64,000 nt of DNA. It comes from Flavobacteriaceae bacterium (GTDB lineage Bacteria > Bacteroidota > Bacteroidia > Flavobacteriales > Flavobacteriaceae). The notes beneath the pieces are model-generated. The model was not told the DNA's origin and made no database searches. It worked only from the letters and a program-made list of their open reading frames with translations. Of this stretch, positions 9,754 through 18,285 are shown piece by piece. The stretch lies in contig CANGIF010000011.1 in assembly GCA_947453885.1 (NCBI GenBank), forward strand, positions 10,012-74,011. Direction: 5' to 3'. The position numbers and the translations under genes are program-made. How positions within the stretch are numbered: the first letter of the stretch is position 1; each line of letters starts with the position of its first letter.

Positions 9754-10938
9754 ATGATTATGAAACATAAAATAGCCATAACTTCAATAGCCTCTATTTC
9801 GCCTTTAGGTAAAAGCAGTGCTACTGTTTGGCGCAATTATCTTTCGGAGAAAACGTTGATTTCAACTCAAGAATTTAACGGACAGACTCAATTTGTGGCT
9901 GCGCTTCCCTTTGAAATTAAACAAGAAATCGCAGCTTTACGAAAATCAGAAATTAAATACAAAGCATTGGACGATACTGTTTTGATGTCGATTTTGGTTT
10001 CGCGAGCTGCAATAATAAAAGCGGGTTGGAAACCAGATGCTGTTTTTGGAATAAATATCGGATCTTCAAGAGGTGCTACTCAATTATTTGAAAAATACCA
10101 TCAGGAATTTTTAGAAACGGGAAAAACGGCAACACTTAGTTCTCCTACTACAACCTTGGGAAATATTTCATCTTGGGTGGCTCACGATTTAAAAAATAGC
10201 GGGCCTGAAATTTCGCATTCTATAACGTGTTCAACAGCTTTGCATGCGGTTCTGAATGCTATTGCTTGGTTACAATCCGGAATGGCTAATAAATTTTTAG
10301 TTGGAGGAAGCGAAGCGCCTTTAACTGCTTTTACTCTTGCACAAATGCATGCTTTGAAAATTTATTCGAAAGAAGAACGTTTGGAATATCCATGTCGATC
10401 GTTTGATTTTTCTAAAACAAGAAACACTATGGTTATTGGTGAAGCGGCTTCTGTGGCTTGTTTGGAATTAGGGGAACAGGAAAATGCGTTGGCGTATATT
10501 GAAGGAATTGGGTATTCAACCGATGATATTGAACACAATATTTCTATTTCGGAGGAGGCAAATTGTTTTCAAAAATCCATGAAAATGGCTTTGGAACAAA
10601 CAAAAGTAAAAGAGGTGGATGCTGTGGTAATGCATGCGCCGGGAACGTTGAAAGGTGATTTGTCCGAGTTTAGAGCTATTCAGAAGGTTTTTGGTGATGA
10701 TTTACCAATGTTGACTACCAATAAATGGAAAGTTGGACACACATTTGGCGCTTCTGGAATGTTGAATATGGAATTAGCACTTTTGATGTTGGAACACAAT
10801 CAGTTTATTGGAGTACCTTTTGCACAATCGCAACCGTACAGAAATTCAATTAAGAAAGTATTGTTGAATGCAGTTGGCTTTGGTGGAAATGCGGTTAGTA
10901 TTTTACTTTCTTTACCCTACAATTGGAAAAAAAATTGA
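9754..10938 (+). CDS. Beta-ketoacyl-ACP synthase I/II-like (FabB/FabF family) enzyme in the biotin cluster
   Basis: 394 aa. The thiolase-fold Cys-His-His triad contexts are all present: SITCSTALHA (Cys), VMHAPGT (His) and KWKVGHTFGASG (Lys/His). It starts 61 nt after bioA on the same strand. Confidence 0.8.
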   Translation: MIMKHKIAITSIASISPLGKSSATVWRNYLSEKTLISTQEFNGQTQFVAALPFEIKQEIAALRKSEIKYKALDDTVLMSILVSRAAIIKAGWKPDAVFGINIGSSRGATQLFEKYHQEFLETGKTATLSSPTTTLGNISSWVAHDLKNSGPEISHSITCSTALHAVLNAIAWLQSGMANKFLVGGSEAPLTAFTLAQMHALKIYSKEERLEYPCRSFDFSKTRNTMVIGEAASVACLELGEQENALAYIEGIGYSTDDIEHNISISEEANCFQKSMKMALEQTKVKEVDAVVMHAPGTLKGDLSEFRAIQKVFGDDLPMLTTNKWKVGHTFGASGMLNMELALLMLEHNQFIGVPFAQSQPYRNSIKKVLLNAVGFGGNAVSILLSLPYNWKKN

Positions 10939-11036
10939 ATAAATAGAACAACTTGTTCAATCGTTATTGCTCTAAAATAAAAACTCTAAGAAAAAACAGT
11001 GAAGGTTTTTAAGAGTTATACAAAAAAGCTTTTGGT

Positions 11037-11064
11037 TTAAAAGCTGTTTTTTTTATAATAGTAC
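11037..11064 (+). terminator. Rho-independent terminator closing the bio/KAS transcription unit
   Basis: The stem agctttt/aaaagct (7 bp, 5-nt loop) is followed by an 8-T run, about 100 nt after the KAS stop. Confidence 0.7.
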
Positions 11065-11189
11065 TTTTATTTAGATTTCAATCTTTAAATTATTAATTGT
11101 CAATAAGTATTTATTTATTTTAAATTGGATAAAATTTCTTATTTTGCCCTTAAAATTAAATCAGTTTATTTTGTAAAAAAATTGTAATT

Positions 11190-13061
11190 ATGAGCAACTC
11201 TCTTGAAGAAGTTCACCAATCTGTTGCAACTGATGGAAAAAGTTCTGGTTTTAGAAAATTATTTGCTTTTTTTGGACCTGCTTATTTAATTAGTGTTGGT
11301 TACATGGATCCTGGTAATTGGGCAACTGATTTAGCAGGAGGCAGTCAGTTTGGGTATTCATTGCTTTGGGTTTTGTTGATGAGTAACCTAATGGCGTTGC
11401 TTTTACAAAGTTTGAGTGCTAGGCTAGGTATTGTTACGCAACGCGATTTAGCACAGGCATCACGAGAAACATATTCGCCTTTTATCAATTATATTTTATG
11501 TTTTTTGGCCGAAATTGCCATTGCTGCTTGTGATTTGGCTGAGGTTTTAGGGATGGCAATTGGGATTAATTTGCTTACAGGTCTTCCGTTGCTATATGGC
11601 GTATTAATAACTGTTTTGGACACTTTTTTATTACTTTTCCTTATTAATAAAGGAATAAGGAAAATGGAAGCTTTTATCATTGTTTTAGTAGCAATAATTG
11701 GTTGTTCTTTTTTGTTTGAAATGCTTTTTGCACAGCCAGATATGCACAAGGTTATTACTGGCTTTATTCCTACGCTTCCTAATAAACAAGCGTTGTATAT
11801 TGCAATTGGAATTATTGGTGCAACAGTGATGCCTCACAATCTTTACTTGCATTCTTCATTGGTTCAAACTAGAAAATTTGATCATAGTTTTAAAGGGATT
11901 AAGCAGGCTTTAAAATATAATTTTATTGACAGTACAATTGCACTTAATCTTGCGTTTTTTGTAAATGCAGCTATACTTATATTAGCTGCTGCTACTTTTT
12001 ATCAAAACGGGTTGTTTTCAATAGCTGAAATTCAGGATGCACACCAACTTTTAGCACCCGTTCTTGGCACTAAATGGGCGCCTATTTTGTTTGCTGTAGC
12101 CTTAATTGCGGCGGGGCAAAGTTCTACAATCACTGGAACTTTAGCAGGTCAGATAATCATGGAAGGGTATTTAAATTTACGAATTCAACCTTGGGTTAGG
12201 CGAATTATTACACGTTTGGTTGCTATAGTACCTGCTGTTGTTGCTATTTTATTTTTCGGCGATTCAGTAACGGGGGAGCTTTTGCTTTTAAGTCAGGTTA
12301 TTTTGAGTTTGCAGTTGGGTTTTGCTATTATTCCTTTAATTCATTTTGTGAGTGATAAAAAGAAAATGAAAGGATTTCATATTTCTATTCCAATGCAGGT
12401 TGCTTCGTGGATAATTGCTCTTATAATTGTTTCGCTAAATGTAAAATTAGTGATTGACGAAATTTCAGGATGGATTGAAAATTCAAATAATCCATTTTTG
12501 TTGTGGATAACAGTAGTTCCTTTGTGTGTTGGTTTTTTTGTTTTGTTGTTGTACATTGTTATTAAACCTTTAATTGCTACAACAACTAACACGGTTAAAA
12601 CTCATTTGCCACATAATTTTAAATTGAATTTTGAAAAAATTGAACCTTATACTAAAAAGAAAATTGCGGTTACGGTTGATTTTTCAAATGCTGATGAAAT
12701 TGCGTTGAATGCCGCAATTGAATTAGGAGGAAAAGAAGCACAGTACACCTTAATTCATGTAGTAGAAACTATTGGTGCAATAATTTATGGAGGAAATATA
12801 AAAGATCATGAAACTACGATTGACGAAAAGCTATTGCTAGAGTACCAACAATTACTGAAACAAAGAGGATTTAAAGTAAAGGTGAAGTTAGGATTTGGAA
12901 AGCCGTATAAAGCAATTCCTATTTTAGTCAATAAAGGAGAATTTGATCTTTTAGTAATGGGAACTCATGGTCACACAGGGATAAAAGATTTGCTTTTTGG
13001 CACCACTGTTGATAAATTACGCCACAAAATTTCTATTCCGCTGTTTATTCTAAAAATTTGA
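11190..13061 (+). CDS. mntH: Nramp-family divalent metal transporter fused to a C-terminal universal stress protein (USP) domain
   Basis: 623 aa. The N-terminal DPGNWATDLAGG and MPHNLYLHS Nramp motifs are present. The last ~135 aa form a USP fold with G-x2-G-x9-G-T (GTHGHTGIKDLLFGTT). Confidence 0.9.
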   Translation: MSNSLEEVHQSVATDGKSSGFRKLFAFFGPAYLISVGYMDPGNWATDLAGGSQFGYSLLWVLLMSNLMALLLQSLSARLGIVTQRDLAQASRETYSPFINYILCFLAEIAIAACDLAEVLGMAIGINLLTGLPLLYGVLITVLDTFLLLFLINKGIRKMEAFIIVLVAIIGCSFLFEMLFAQPDMHKVITGFIPTLPNKQALYIAIGIIGATVMPHNLYLHSSLVQTRKFDHSFKGIKQALKYNFIDSTIALNLAFFVNAAILILAAATFYQNGLFSIAEIQDAHQLLAPVLGTKWAPILFAVALIAAGQSSTITGTLAGQIIMEGYLNLRIQPWVRRIITRLVAIVPAVVAILFFGDSVTGELLLLSQVILSLQLGFAIIPLIHFVSDKKKMKGFHISIPMQVASWIIALIIVSLNVKLVIDEISGWIENSNNPFLLWITVVPLCVGFFVLLLYIVIKPLIATTTNTVKTHLPHNFKLNFEKIEPYTKKKIAVTVDFSNADEIALNAAIELGGKEAQYTLIHVVETIGAIIYGGNIKDHETTIDEKLLLEYQQLLKQRGFKVKVKLGFGKPYKAIPILVNKGEFDLLVMGTHGHTGIKDLLFGTTVDKLRHKISIPLFILKI

Positions 13062-13063
13062 TA

Positions 13064-13186
13064 TTAATGACAATTACAATCTTCTTCGTTGCAGTTTTTA
13101 CTTTTTACTTTTTTAAAGAAAAATTTTTTAAACAAGAAGAAAATTGCAAATCCTAAGGTGATAAAAGCTAAAATTTGTTGAATCAT
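13064..13186 (-). CDS. FeoB-associated Cys-rich small membrane protein (40 aa, absent from the ORF track)
   Basis: Manual translation gives MIQQILAFITLGFAIFFLFKKFFFKKVKSKNCNEEDCNCH. That is one TM helix, a basic stretch and a C-x5-C-x-C-H tail. Its start is 8 nt downstream of the feoB stop on the same strand. Confidence 0.75.
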   Translation of the reverse strand: MIQQILAFITLGFAIFFLFKKFFFKKVKSKNCNEEDCNCH

Positions 13187-13193
13187 TTTTTAA

Positions 13194-15296
13194 TTATTTT
13201 AAAAGTTGGTAAGCAATTAAAGAAGAGAAGTAGGCAAATCCGCTCATGAATAAAAACTGAATTATGGGCCATTTCCAAGAGTTCGTTTCTTTTCTGGTAA
13301 TTGCAATTGTACTTGCACATTGCATGGCAAAAGCATAAAAGAGAAGTAACGAAATTCCGGTTGCAAAATTAAAAATCTTTAGACCCGTTTTGGAATTGGT
13401 TTCGTTCTTCATTTTAATAGCGATTGTTTCTTGATTATCACTGCCTCCAACGCTATATATTGTAGCTAATGTTCCTACGAAAACCTCACGTGCAGCAAAG
13501 GAACTGATAATAGCAACTCCAATTTTCCAATCGTAGCCTAAAGGAGAAATTATGGGTTCAATTACTTTTCCCATGTAGCCAATATAGGAATTTTCTAATT
13601 TAAAAGACGCTATTTTGTTGTTCAATGCGGACTTTGAAATAGGTTGGATTTGAATTTGCTGTTCTATGATTTTATCTGCATTTGAAAAAGTAGTTCCTGG
13701 TCCGTAGGATGCTAAAAACCATAAAATTATGGATATAGACAATATGATTTTTCCTGCACCAAATACAAAAGCCTTTGTTTTTTCTAATACATTTAAAGCT
13801 ACATTTTTAAATAAAGGTAATTTGTAGTTTGGCATTTCTACAACAAAAAAAGTTTTACAGTTTAGTTTTAAAACTTTATTTAAAACATAAGCGGAAAGTA
13901 CTGCCATTCCAAAACCTAAAAGATAGAGCAACATTAAGGTTAATCCTTGAAGATTTAAAAAACCAAAAAGTCTTTTGTTTGGAATTACTAAGCCAATAAT
14001 AATTGCATAGACAGGTAACCTTGCCGAGCAAGTTGTAAAAGGAGTTACCAAAATTGTTATTAATCGCTCTTTCCAATTTTCAATATTTCTTGTAGCCATA
14101 ATAGCTGGAATGGCACATGCAGTTCCGGAAATTAAAGGAACAATACTCTTTCCTGAAAGTCCAAATCGGCGCATAATTTTATCCATTAAAAACACAACGC
14201 GACTCATGTATCCACTTTCTTCTAGAATGGAAATAAACAAAAAAAGAAATGTTATTTGTGGAATAAAAATCAAGATACCTCCAATTCCGGGTATAATTCC
14301 TTGCGCAATTAAATTAGTAAAAACACCAGGAGGTAATTGTTCATTTGCTAGAACACTAAGAGAGGCAAATGTAGAATCAATATATTCCATGGGCAATTTA
14401 GACCACTCAAAAATAGATTGAAAAATGACAAAAAGTATAGTAAAAAAAGCTATGTAACCCCAAAATTTATGAGTTAAAACGCGGTCTATTTGACTTCTGA
14501 AATCTTTTGCTAAGGATTTGTTTATTTTTTGACCAAGCTTTAATGTTTCGTTAATAAATTGATACCGCTTGATGGTCTCTTTTTGTTGCAATCGTTTCAA
14601 TTCGTTTTCACTTTTTGTAAATGTTGCAATTGCAATTGGTTTTTTATTCAAATTTACAAAATTCACATCTTGCGTAATAACCAACCATAATTTGTATAAA
14701 GATTGATTAGGAAATGTTTTTCTTAAATAATTAAAATAGTCTTCATCAATACTTGAAGCACTTAAACAAGGTTCTGTTGTGATAGATTTATAAGTAGTTA
14801 TTACTTCTTTTAAATTTTCAAAGCCAATTTTTTTTCTGGAACTAACTAAAGCAATTTTGGTTTTCAAGGTTTGTTCAAGGTAGGGAATATCAAGCGAAAT
14901 TCCTTTATATTCCATCCTATCAATCATGTTTATAACGAGAATGGTTGGTATTTCTAAGTCTTTAATTTGGGTAAATAACAGTAAATTACGCTTAATATTC
15001 TCAACTTCTGCTACAACCAGAATGACATCAGGATAAAGTTTGTCATTTTTGTTTAACAAAAGTTCAATTACTACATTTTCATCCGCCGAGCTAGCATTAA
15101 GACTATACGTCCCAGGTAAATCAAGAATGTTAGCTTTAATGTTTTGAGGCAAATTTAAAAAACCTAATTTTTTTTCAACTGTAATGCCTGGGTAATTACC
15201 AACTTGTTGCTTTAATCCAGTTAATAAATTAAAAACCGAGGTTTTTCCAACGTTTGGATTTCCTATTAAAGCAATATTAATGTTTTTTTTGCTCAT
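13194..15296 (-). CDS. feoB: Ferrous iron transporter B
   Basis: 700 aa. It has an N-terminal GTPase domain (GNPNVGKTS, DLPGTYS) followed by a polytopic membrane domain. Confidence 0.95.
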   Translation of the reverse strand: MSKKNINIALIGNPNVGKTSVFNLLTGLKQQVGNYPGITVEKKLGFLNLPQNIKANILDLPGTYSLNASSADENVVIELLLNKNDKLYPDVILVVAEVENIKRNLLLFTQIKDLEIPTILVINMIDRMEYKGISLDIPYLEQTLKTKIALVSSRKKIGFENLKEVITTYKSITTEPCLSASSIDEDYFNYLRKTFPNQSLYKLWLVITQDVNFVNLNKKPIAIATFTKSENELKRLQQKETIKRYQFINETLKLGQKINKSLAKDFRSQIDRVLTHKFWGYIAFFTILFVIFQSIFEWSKLPMEYIDSTFASLSVLANEQLPPGVFTNLIAQGIIPGIGGILIFIPQITFLFLFISILEESGYMSRVVFLMDKIMRRFGLSGKSIVPLISGTACAIPAIMATRNIENWKERLITILVTPFTTCSARLPVYAIIIGLVIPNKRLFGFLNLQGLTLMLLYLLGFGMAVLSAYVLNKVLKLNCKTFFVVEMPNYKLPLFKNVALNVLEKTKAFVFGAGKIILSISIILWFLASYGPGTTFSNADKIIEQQIQIQPISKSALNNKIASFKLENSYIGYMGKVIEPIISPLGYDWKIGVAIISSFAAREVFVGTLATIYSVGGSDNQETIAIKMKNETNSKTGLKIFNFATGISLLLFYAFAMQCASTIAITRKETNSWKWPIIQFLFMSGFAYFSSLIAYQLLK

Positions 15297-15302
15297 GATG
15301 TA

Positions 15303-15536
15303 TTACTTCGAGGTAATTTCAATTTCAATTTTGTCGGCGGTTTCCAAACGGATTGCCAAATATGAACCGTTTATATTCAAATACAATGGATCTCCAAACG
15401 GCGCAATTTGTAGTAATTCAACGGTATTGCCGGGTAAGCAACCCATTTCTAATAATTTTAAAGGAATGTCTTCTACATCAAAATCCTTTATCAATGCAAT
15501 TTCACCTTTTTGCAAATTGGCTACTGTAGTTTTCAA
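15303..15536 (-). CDS. feoA: Ferrous iron transport protein A
   Basis: 77 aa SH3-like FeoA (LLEMGCLPGNTVEL), immediately upstream of feoB. Confidence 0.9.
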   Translation of the reverse strand: MKTTVANLQKGEIALIKDFDVEDIPLKLLEMGCLPGNTVELLQIAPFGDPLYLNINGSYLAIRLETADKIEIEITSK

Positions 15537-15562
15537 TTCTTATTTAGATTGAGTTTAGATTA

Positions 15563-15570
15563 CAAAAGTA
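15563..15570 (-). promoter_or_regulatory. Candidate -7 promoter box (TACTTTTG on the minus strand) for feoAB
   Basis: The reverse complement of caaaagta matches TAnnTTTG, about 27 nt upstream of the feoA ATG. Confidence 0.45.
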
Positions 15571-15629
15571 CTAATTTATTGCTAACAAATAGGGATATCA
15601 AAGTAATATCAATTACAGACAAAACATAT

Positions 15630-16142
15630 TTAAGAATTGATTTGATTTTCATGTCGAATTCGTTCAATTTCCTTTTCCAAAAAAGGAAAAATTAATTTTC
15701 CAACAGAAGAAATTGGCTGTAATAGTATTGATTTTTTATTTGTTTCAGGCGGAATAAAACCTGTGTTTATTTTATGTAATAGACTCAAAATAATGCTTAA
15801 ATATAGTGCCATTCGGAAGAATCCTATAAAGGCACCAATAAAACTATTTAATAATCCAAGAAATGCAAAATCTGCAATTTTGGTAAAAACTTTAGCTAAA
15901 ACACGAATAAGTAAAACCACTAAAAGGAACGTGACTATAAAAGCAGTAATTTGAACCGTTTTTGAAGACCATGTAACTTGGACCGCTAAATATTCTTCTG
16001 TGTATTTTGAAAAACGGAATGCTAAATAAATACCGACAACAAAGGAAAAAACAGAAGCTATTTCAACAAAAAAGCCATTTTTAAAACCCTTATAAAAGCC
16101 GTAAATTAAAAGCACACTGAGAACGATGTCTAATAAAATCAT
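15630..16142 (-). CDS. cvpA: CvpA-family membrane protein
   Basis: 170 aa with four predicted TM helices. The N-terminus ILLDIVLSVLLIYGFYKGFKNGF is typical of the CvpA family. Confidence 0.75.
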   Translation of the reverse strand: MILLDIVLSVLLIYGFYKGFKNGFFVEIASVFSFVVGIYLAFRFSKYTEEYLAVQVTWSSKTVQITAFIVTFLLVVLLIRVLAKVFTKIADFAFLGLLNSFIGAFIGFFRMALYLSIILSLLHKINTGFIPPETNKKSILLQPISSVGKLIFPFLEKEIERIRHENQINS

Positions 16143-16184
16143 AAATCTACTTAAATAGCAAAGATAAATGAATTTATTAGTTAC

Positions 16185-16192
16185 TATCTTTG
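16185..16192 (+). promoter_or_regulatory. Candidate -7 promoter box (TATCTTTG)
   Basis: TAnnTTTG match about 40 nt upstream of the TTG-initiated ORF at 16233. Confidence 0.45.
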
Positions 16193-16232
16193 CTCCTCAA
16201 AAATTGATAGTACAATTTAAAACAACAAAAAA

Positions 16233-16589
16233 TTGTCAAGAGATATACAACTAAAAGAACGCTGGGAACAATTGGTTGAAAAACTTTCCAATCAATTTTC
16301 AAAAGGAGAAAACTTAGACCTAGATGCAATCATCTATTTAATTGGTGTTCAGGAATTGGGAAAAGTTCATCGTGAATTTAAAAAAGACGAAAAGCTAAAT
16401 TTAATGCACATTGCAATCTGTCGGTTATTAGAACCTTATGGGTTTTATGAGTTTGACTATTTTGATCAGGAAGGTTGGCCACATTTTCAAGTTAAAGAAA
16501 AACTACCTCTTTTAAAAGCGGGTGAACAATCAGTTTTGATGAAAGAAGCAATAGTAAATTATTTTTTAGATAAAGAATATATAGCATAA
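16233..16589 (+). CDS. Hypothetical protein (118 aa), probable TTG start
   Basis: The frame is open with plausible soluble-protein composition. There is no in-frame ATG until residue 58, so TTG initiation is inferred. No recognisable motif. Confidence 0.5.
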   Translation: MSRDIQLKERWEQLVEKLSNQFSKGENLDLDAIIYLIGVQELGKVHREFKKDEKLNLMHIAICRLLEPYGFYEFDYFDQEGWPHFQVKEKLPLLKAGEQSVLMKEAIVNYFLDKEYIA

Positions 16590-16630
16590 TTACTTAACCT
16601 TATTTGCTTTTTACTTACCATTAAAAAAAC

Positions 16631-16638
16631 TAAATTTG
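16631..16638 (+). promoter_or_regulatory. Candidate -7 promoter box (TAAATTTG) upstream of pheS
   Basis: TAnnTTTG match about 20 nt upstream of the pheS ATG. Confidence 0.45.
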
Positions 16639-16658
16639 CACTTTTTAAAGACAGATCG

Positions 16659-17678
16659 ATGATAGACAAGATTAAACAATATACAGTAGAAGCAGCTGCA
16701 TTCAACACTAGTAACAAAGAAGAGTTGGAAGCATTTCGTATTAAATATTTAGGAAGCAAAGGAATTTTAAAAGATTTTTTTGCCGCCTTTAAAAACGTAC
16801 CTGTTGACCAAAAAGCTGTATTTGGACAAGTAATCAATTTATTAAAATCCACTGCGGAAACAAAAGTAAAAGAAATTCAAGAGCTTTTGGAAAGTAAAGA
16901 CGAAGTTCAAGGTATTTTTGGAGATTTAACTCGACCAGCCCTACCTCTATCAATAGGTTCTCGACATCCAATTTCAATTGTTAAAAATCAAATTATTGAC
17001 ATTTTTTCAACTATTGGATTCAATGTTTCTGAAGGTCCCGAAATAGAAGACGATTGGCACAATTTCACTGCTTTGAACTTGCCAGAATACCACCCAGCAA
17101 GAGACATGCAGGATACTTTCTTTATTCAAACAAATCCTGACATTTTACTAAGAACTCATACTTCTTCTGTTCAAGTGCGGTATATGGAAAACAATAAACC
17201 ACCAATTAGAACAATTTCTCCAGGAAGAGTATTTAGAAACGAAGCTGTTTCTTCCCGTTCTCATTGCATTTTTCATCAGGTAGAAGGCTTGTACATAGAC
17301 AAAGAAGTTTCATTTGCAGATTTAAAGCAAACACTTTTGTATTTTACAAAAGAGATGTTTGGAAAATCAAAAATTAGATTACGTCCGTCCTATTTTCCAT
17401 TTACCGAACCAAGTGCTGAAGTTGACATTTATTGGGGTTTAAAAACGGAAACTGATTATAGAATTACAAAAGGTACAGGCTGGTTAGAAATTATGGGATG
17501 TGGAATGGTTGATCCAAATGTTTTGAAAAACTGCGGTATTAATCCGGATGAGTTTAACGGTTTTGCTTTTGGAATGGGAATAGAACGCATTGCCATGTTG
17601 TTATACCAAATTGGAGATATTCGTATGTTTTATGAAAATGATGTTCGTTTTTTAGAACAATTTAAATCAAGTATATAA
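16659..17678 (+). CDS. pheS: Phenylalanine--tRNA ligase alpha subunit
   Basis: 339 aa class-II aaRS with motifs ([27 protein letters not shown]). Confidence 0.96.
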   Translation: MIDKIKQYTVEAAAFNTSNKEELEAFRIKYLGSKGILKDFFAAFKNVPVDQKAVFGQVINLLKSTAETKVKEIQELLESKDEVQGIFGDLTRPALPLSIGSRHPISIVKNQIIDIFSTIGFNVSEGPEIEDDWHNFTALNLPEYHPARDMQDTFFIQTNPDILLRTHTSSVQVRYMENNKPPIRTISPGRVFRNEAVSSRSHCIFHQVEGLYIDKEVSFADLKQTLLYFTKEMFGKSKIRLRPSYFPFTEPSAEVDIYWGLKTETDYRITKGTGWLEIMGCGMVDPNVLKNCGINPDEFNGFAFGMGIERIAMLLYQIGDIRMFYENDVRFLEQFKSSI

Positions 17679-17757
17679 AACACAGTCGAAAGTTAAGGAA
17701 ATAAAAGTCGAATATTATTTTGGACTTTATCTTTTAACTTTTAAACTTTTTACAGAA

Positions 17758-18165
17758 ATGAAATCAGACATAACTATACCAGAAGTAGAAAACGTTTTCC
17801 TTGCAGCAGTTCAAGAATGGAGTGATGATTTTATGGAAAAAGTGTGGTATGTTTATTTAATAAACGACAGTGATTTTCAGTTAGATGGTGTTATGGTGGT
17901 TTCAAAAGCATTTGGAACAGTAGATGGCGAAATGAAGAAAACCTCACTGCTCCGACACGCATTCCAACAAGTACTTGCAGTTTCAGCAGTTAAAATAGAA
18001 ATGATTGAATCAAGTATACTTCGATTAAACAATGAGTTTATGGTGACTTATTTTATTGGGGACACATTATACGACAAAAAATTTATTTTTAGAGCACAAA
18101 CAATAACCCCAGATTATGTAGAAGAAGTACCAATTCTATTTGTAGATGGAGTAGTTGTAAAATAA
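17758..18165 (+). CDS. Hypothetical protein (135 aa)
   Basis: Clean ORF with ordinary composition downstream of pheS. No recognisable motif. Confidence 0.5.
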   Translation: MKSDITIPEVENVFLAAVQEWSDDFMEKVWYVYLINDSDFQLDGVMVVSKAFGTVDGEMKKTSLLRHAFQQVLAVSAVKIEMIESSILRLNNEFMVTYFIGDTLYDKKFIFRAQTITPDYVEEVPILFVDGVVVK

Positions 18166-18285
18166 ATTTTATAACGTAAGATTCATAACTTTTTTAGTTG
18201 AACAATTTCACAACGCATTGAAGCAGCTTGCTTTTTAAGAATCTGTCTCTCTTTTCTTGACTATAGAAAACAACGCCAACTTGAT

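Noticed and set aside
15591-15615. GATATCAAAGTAATATCAAT upstream of feoA as a Fur box
   Set aside because: It has only loose resemblance to GATAAT-type hexamer arrays. I cannot distinguish it from AT-rich background without a Bacteroidota Fur motif model or a genome-wide comparison.
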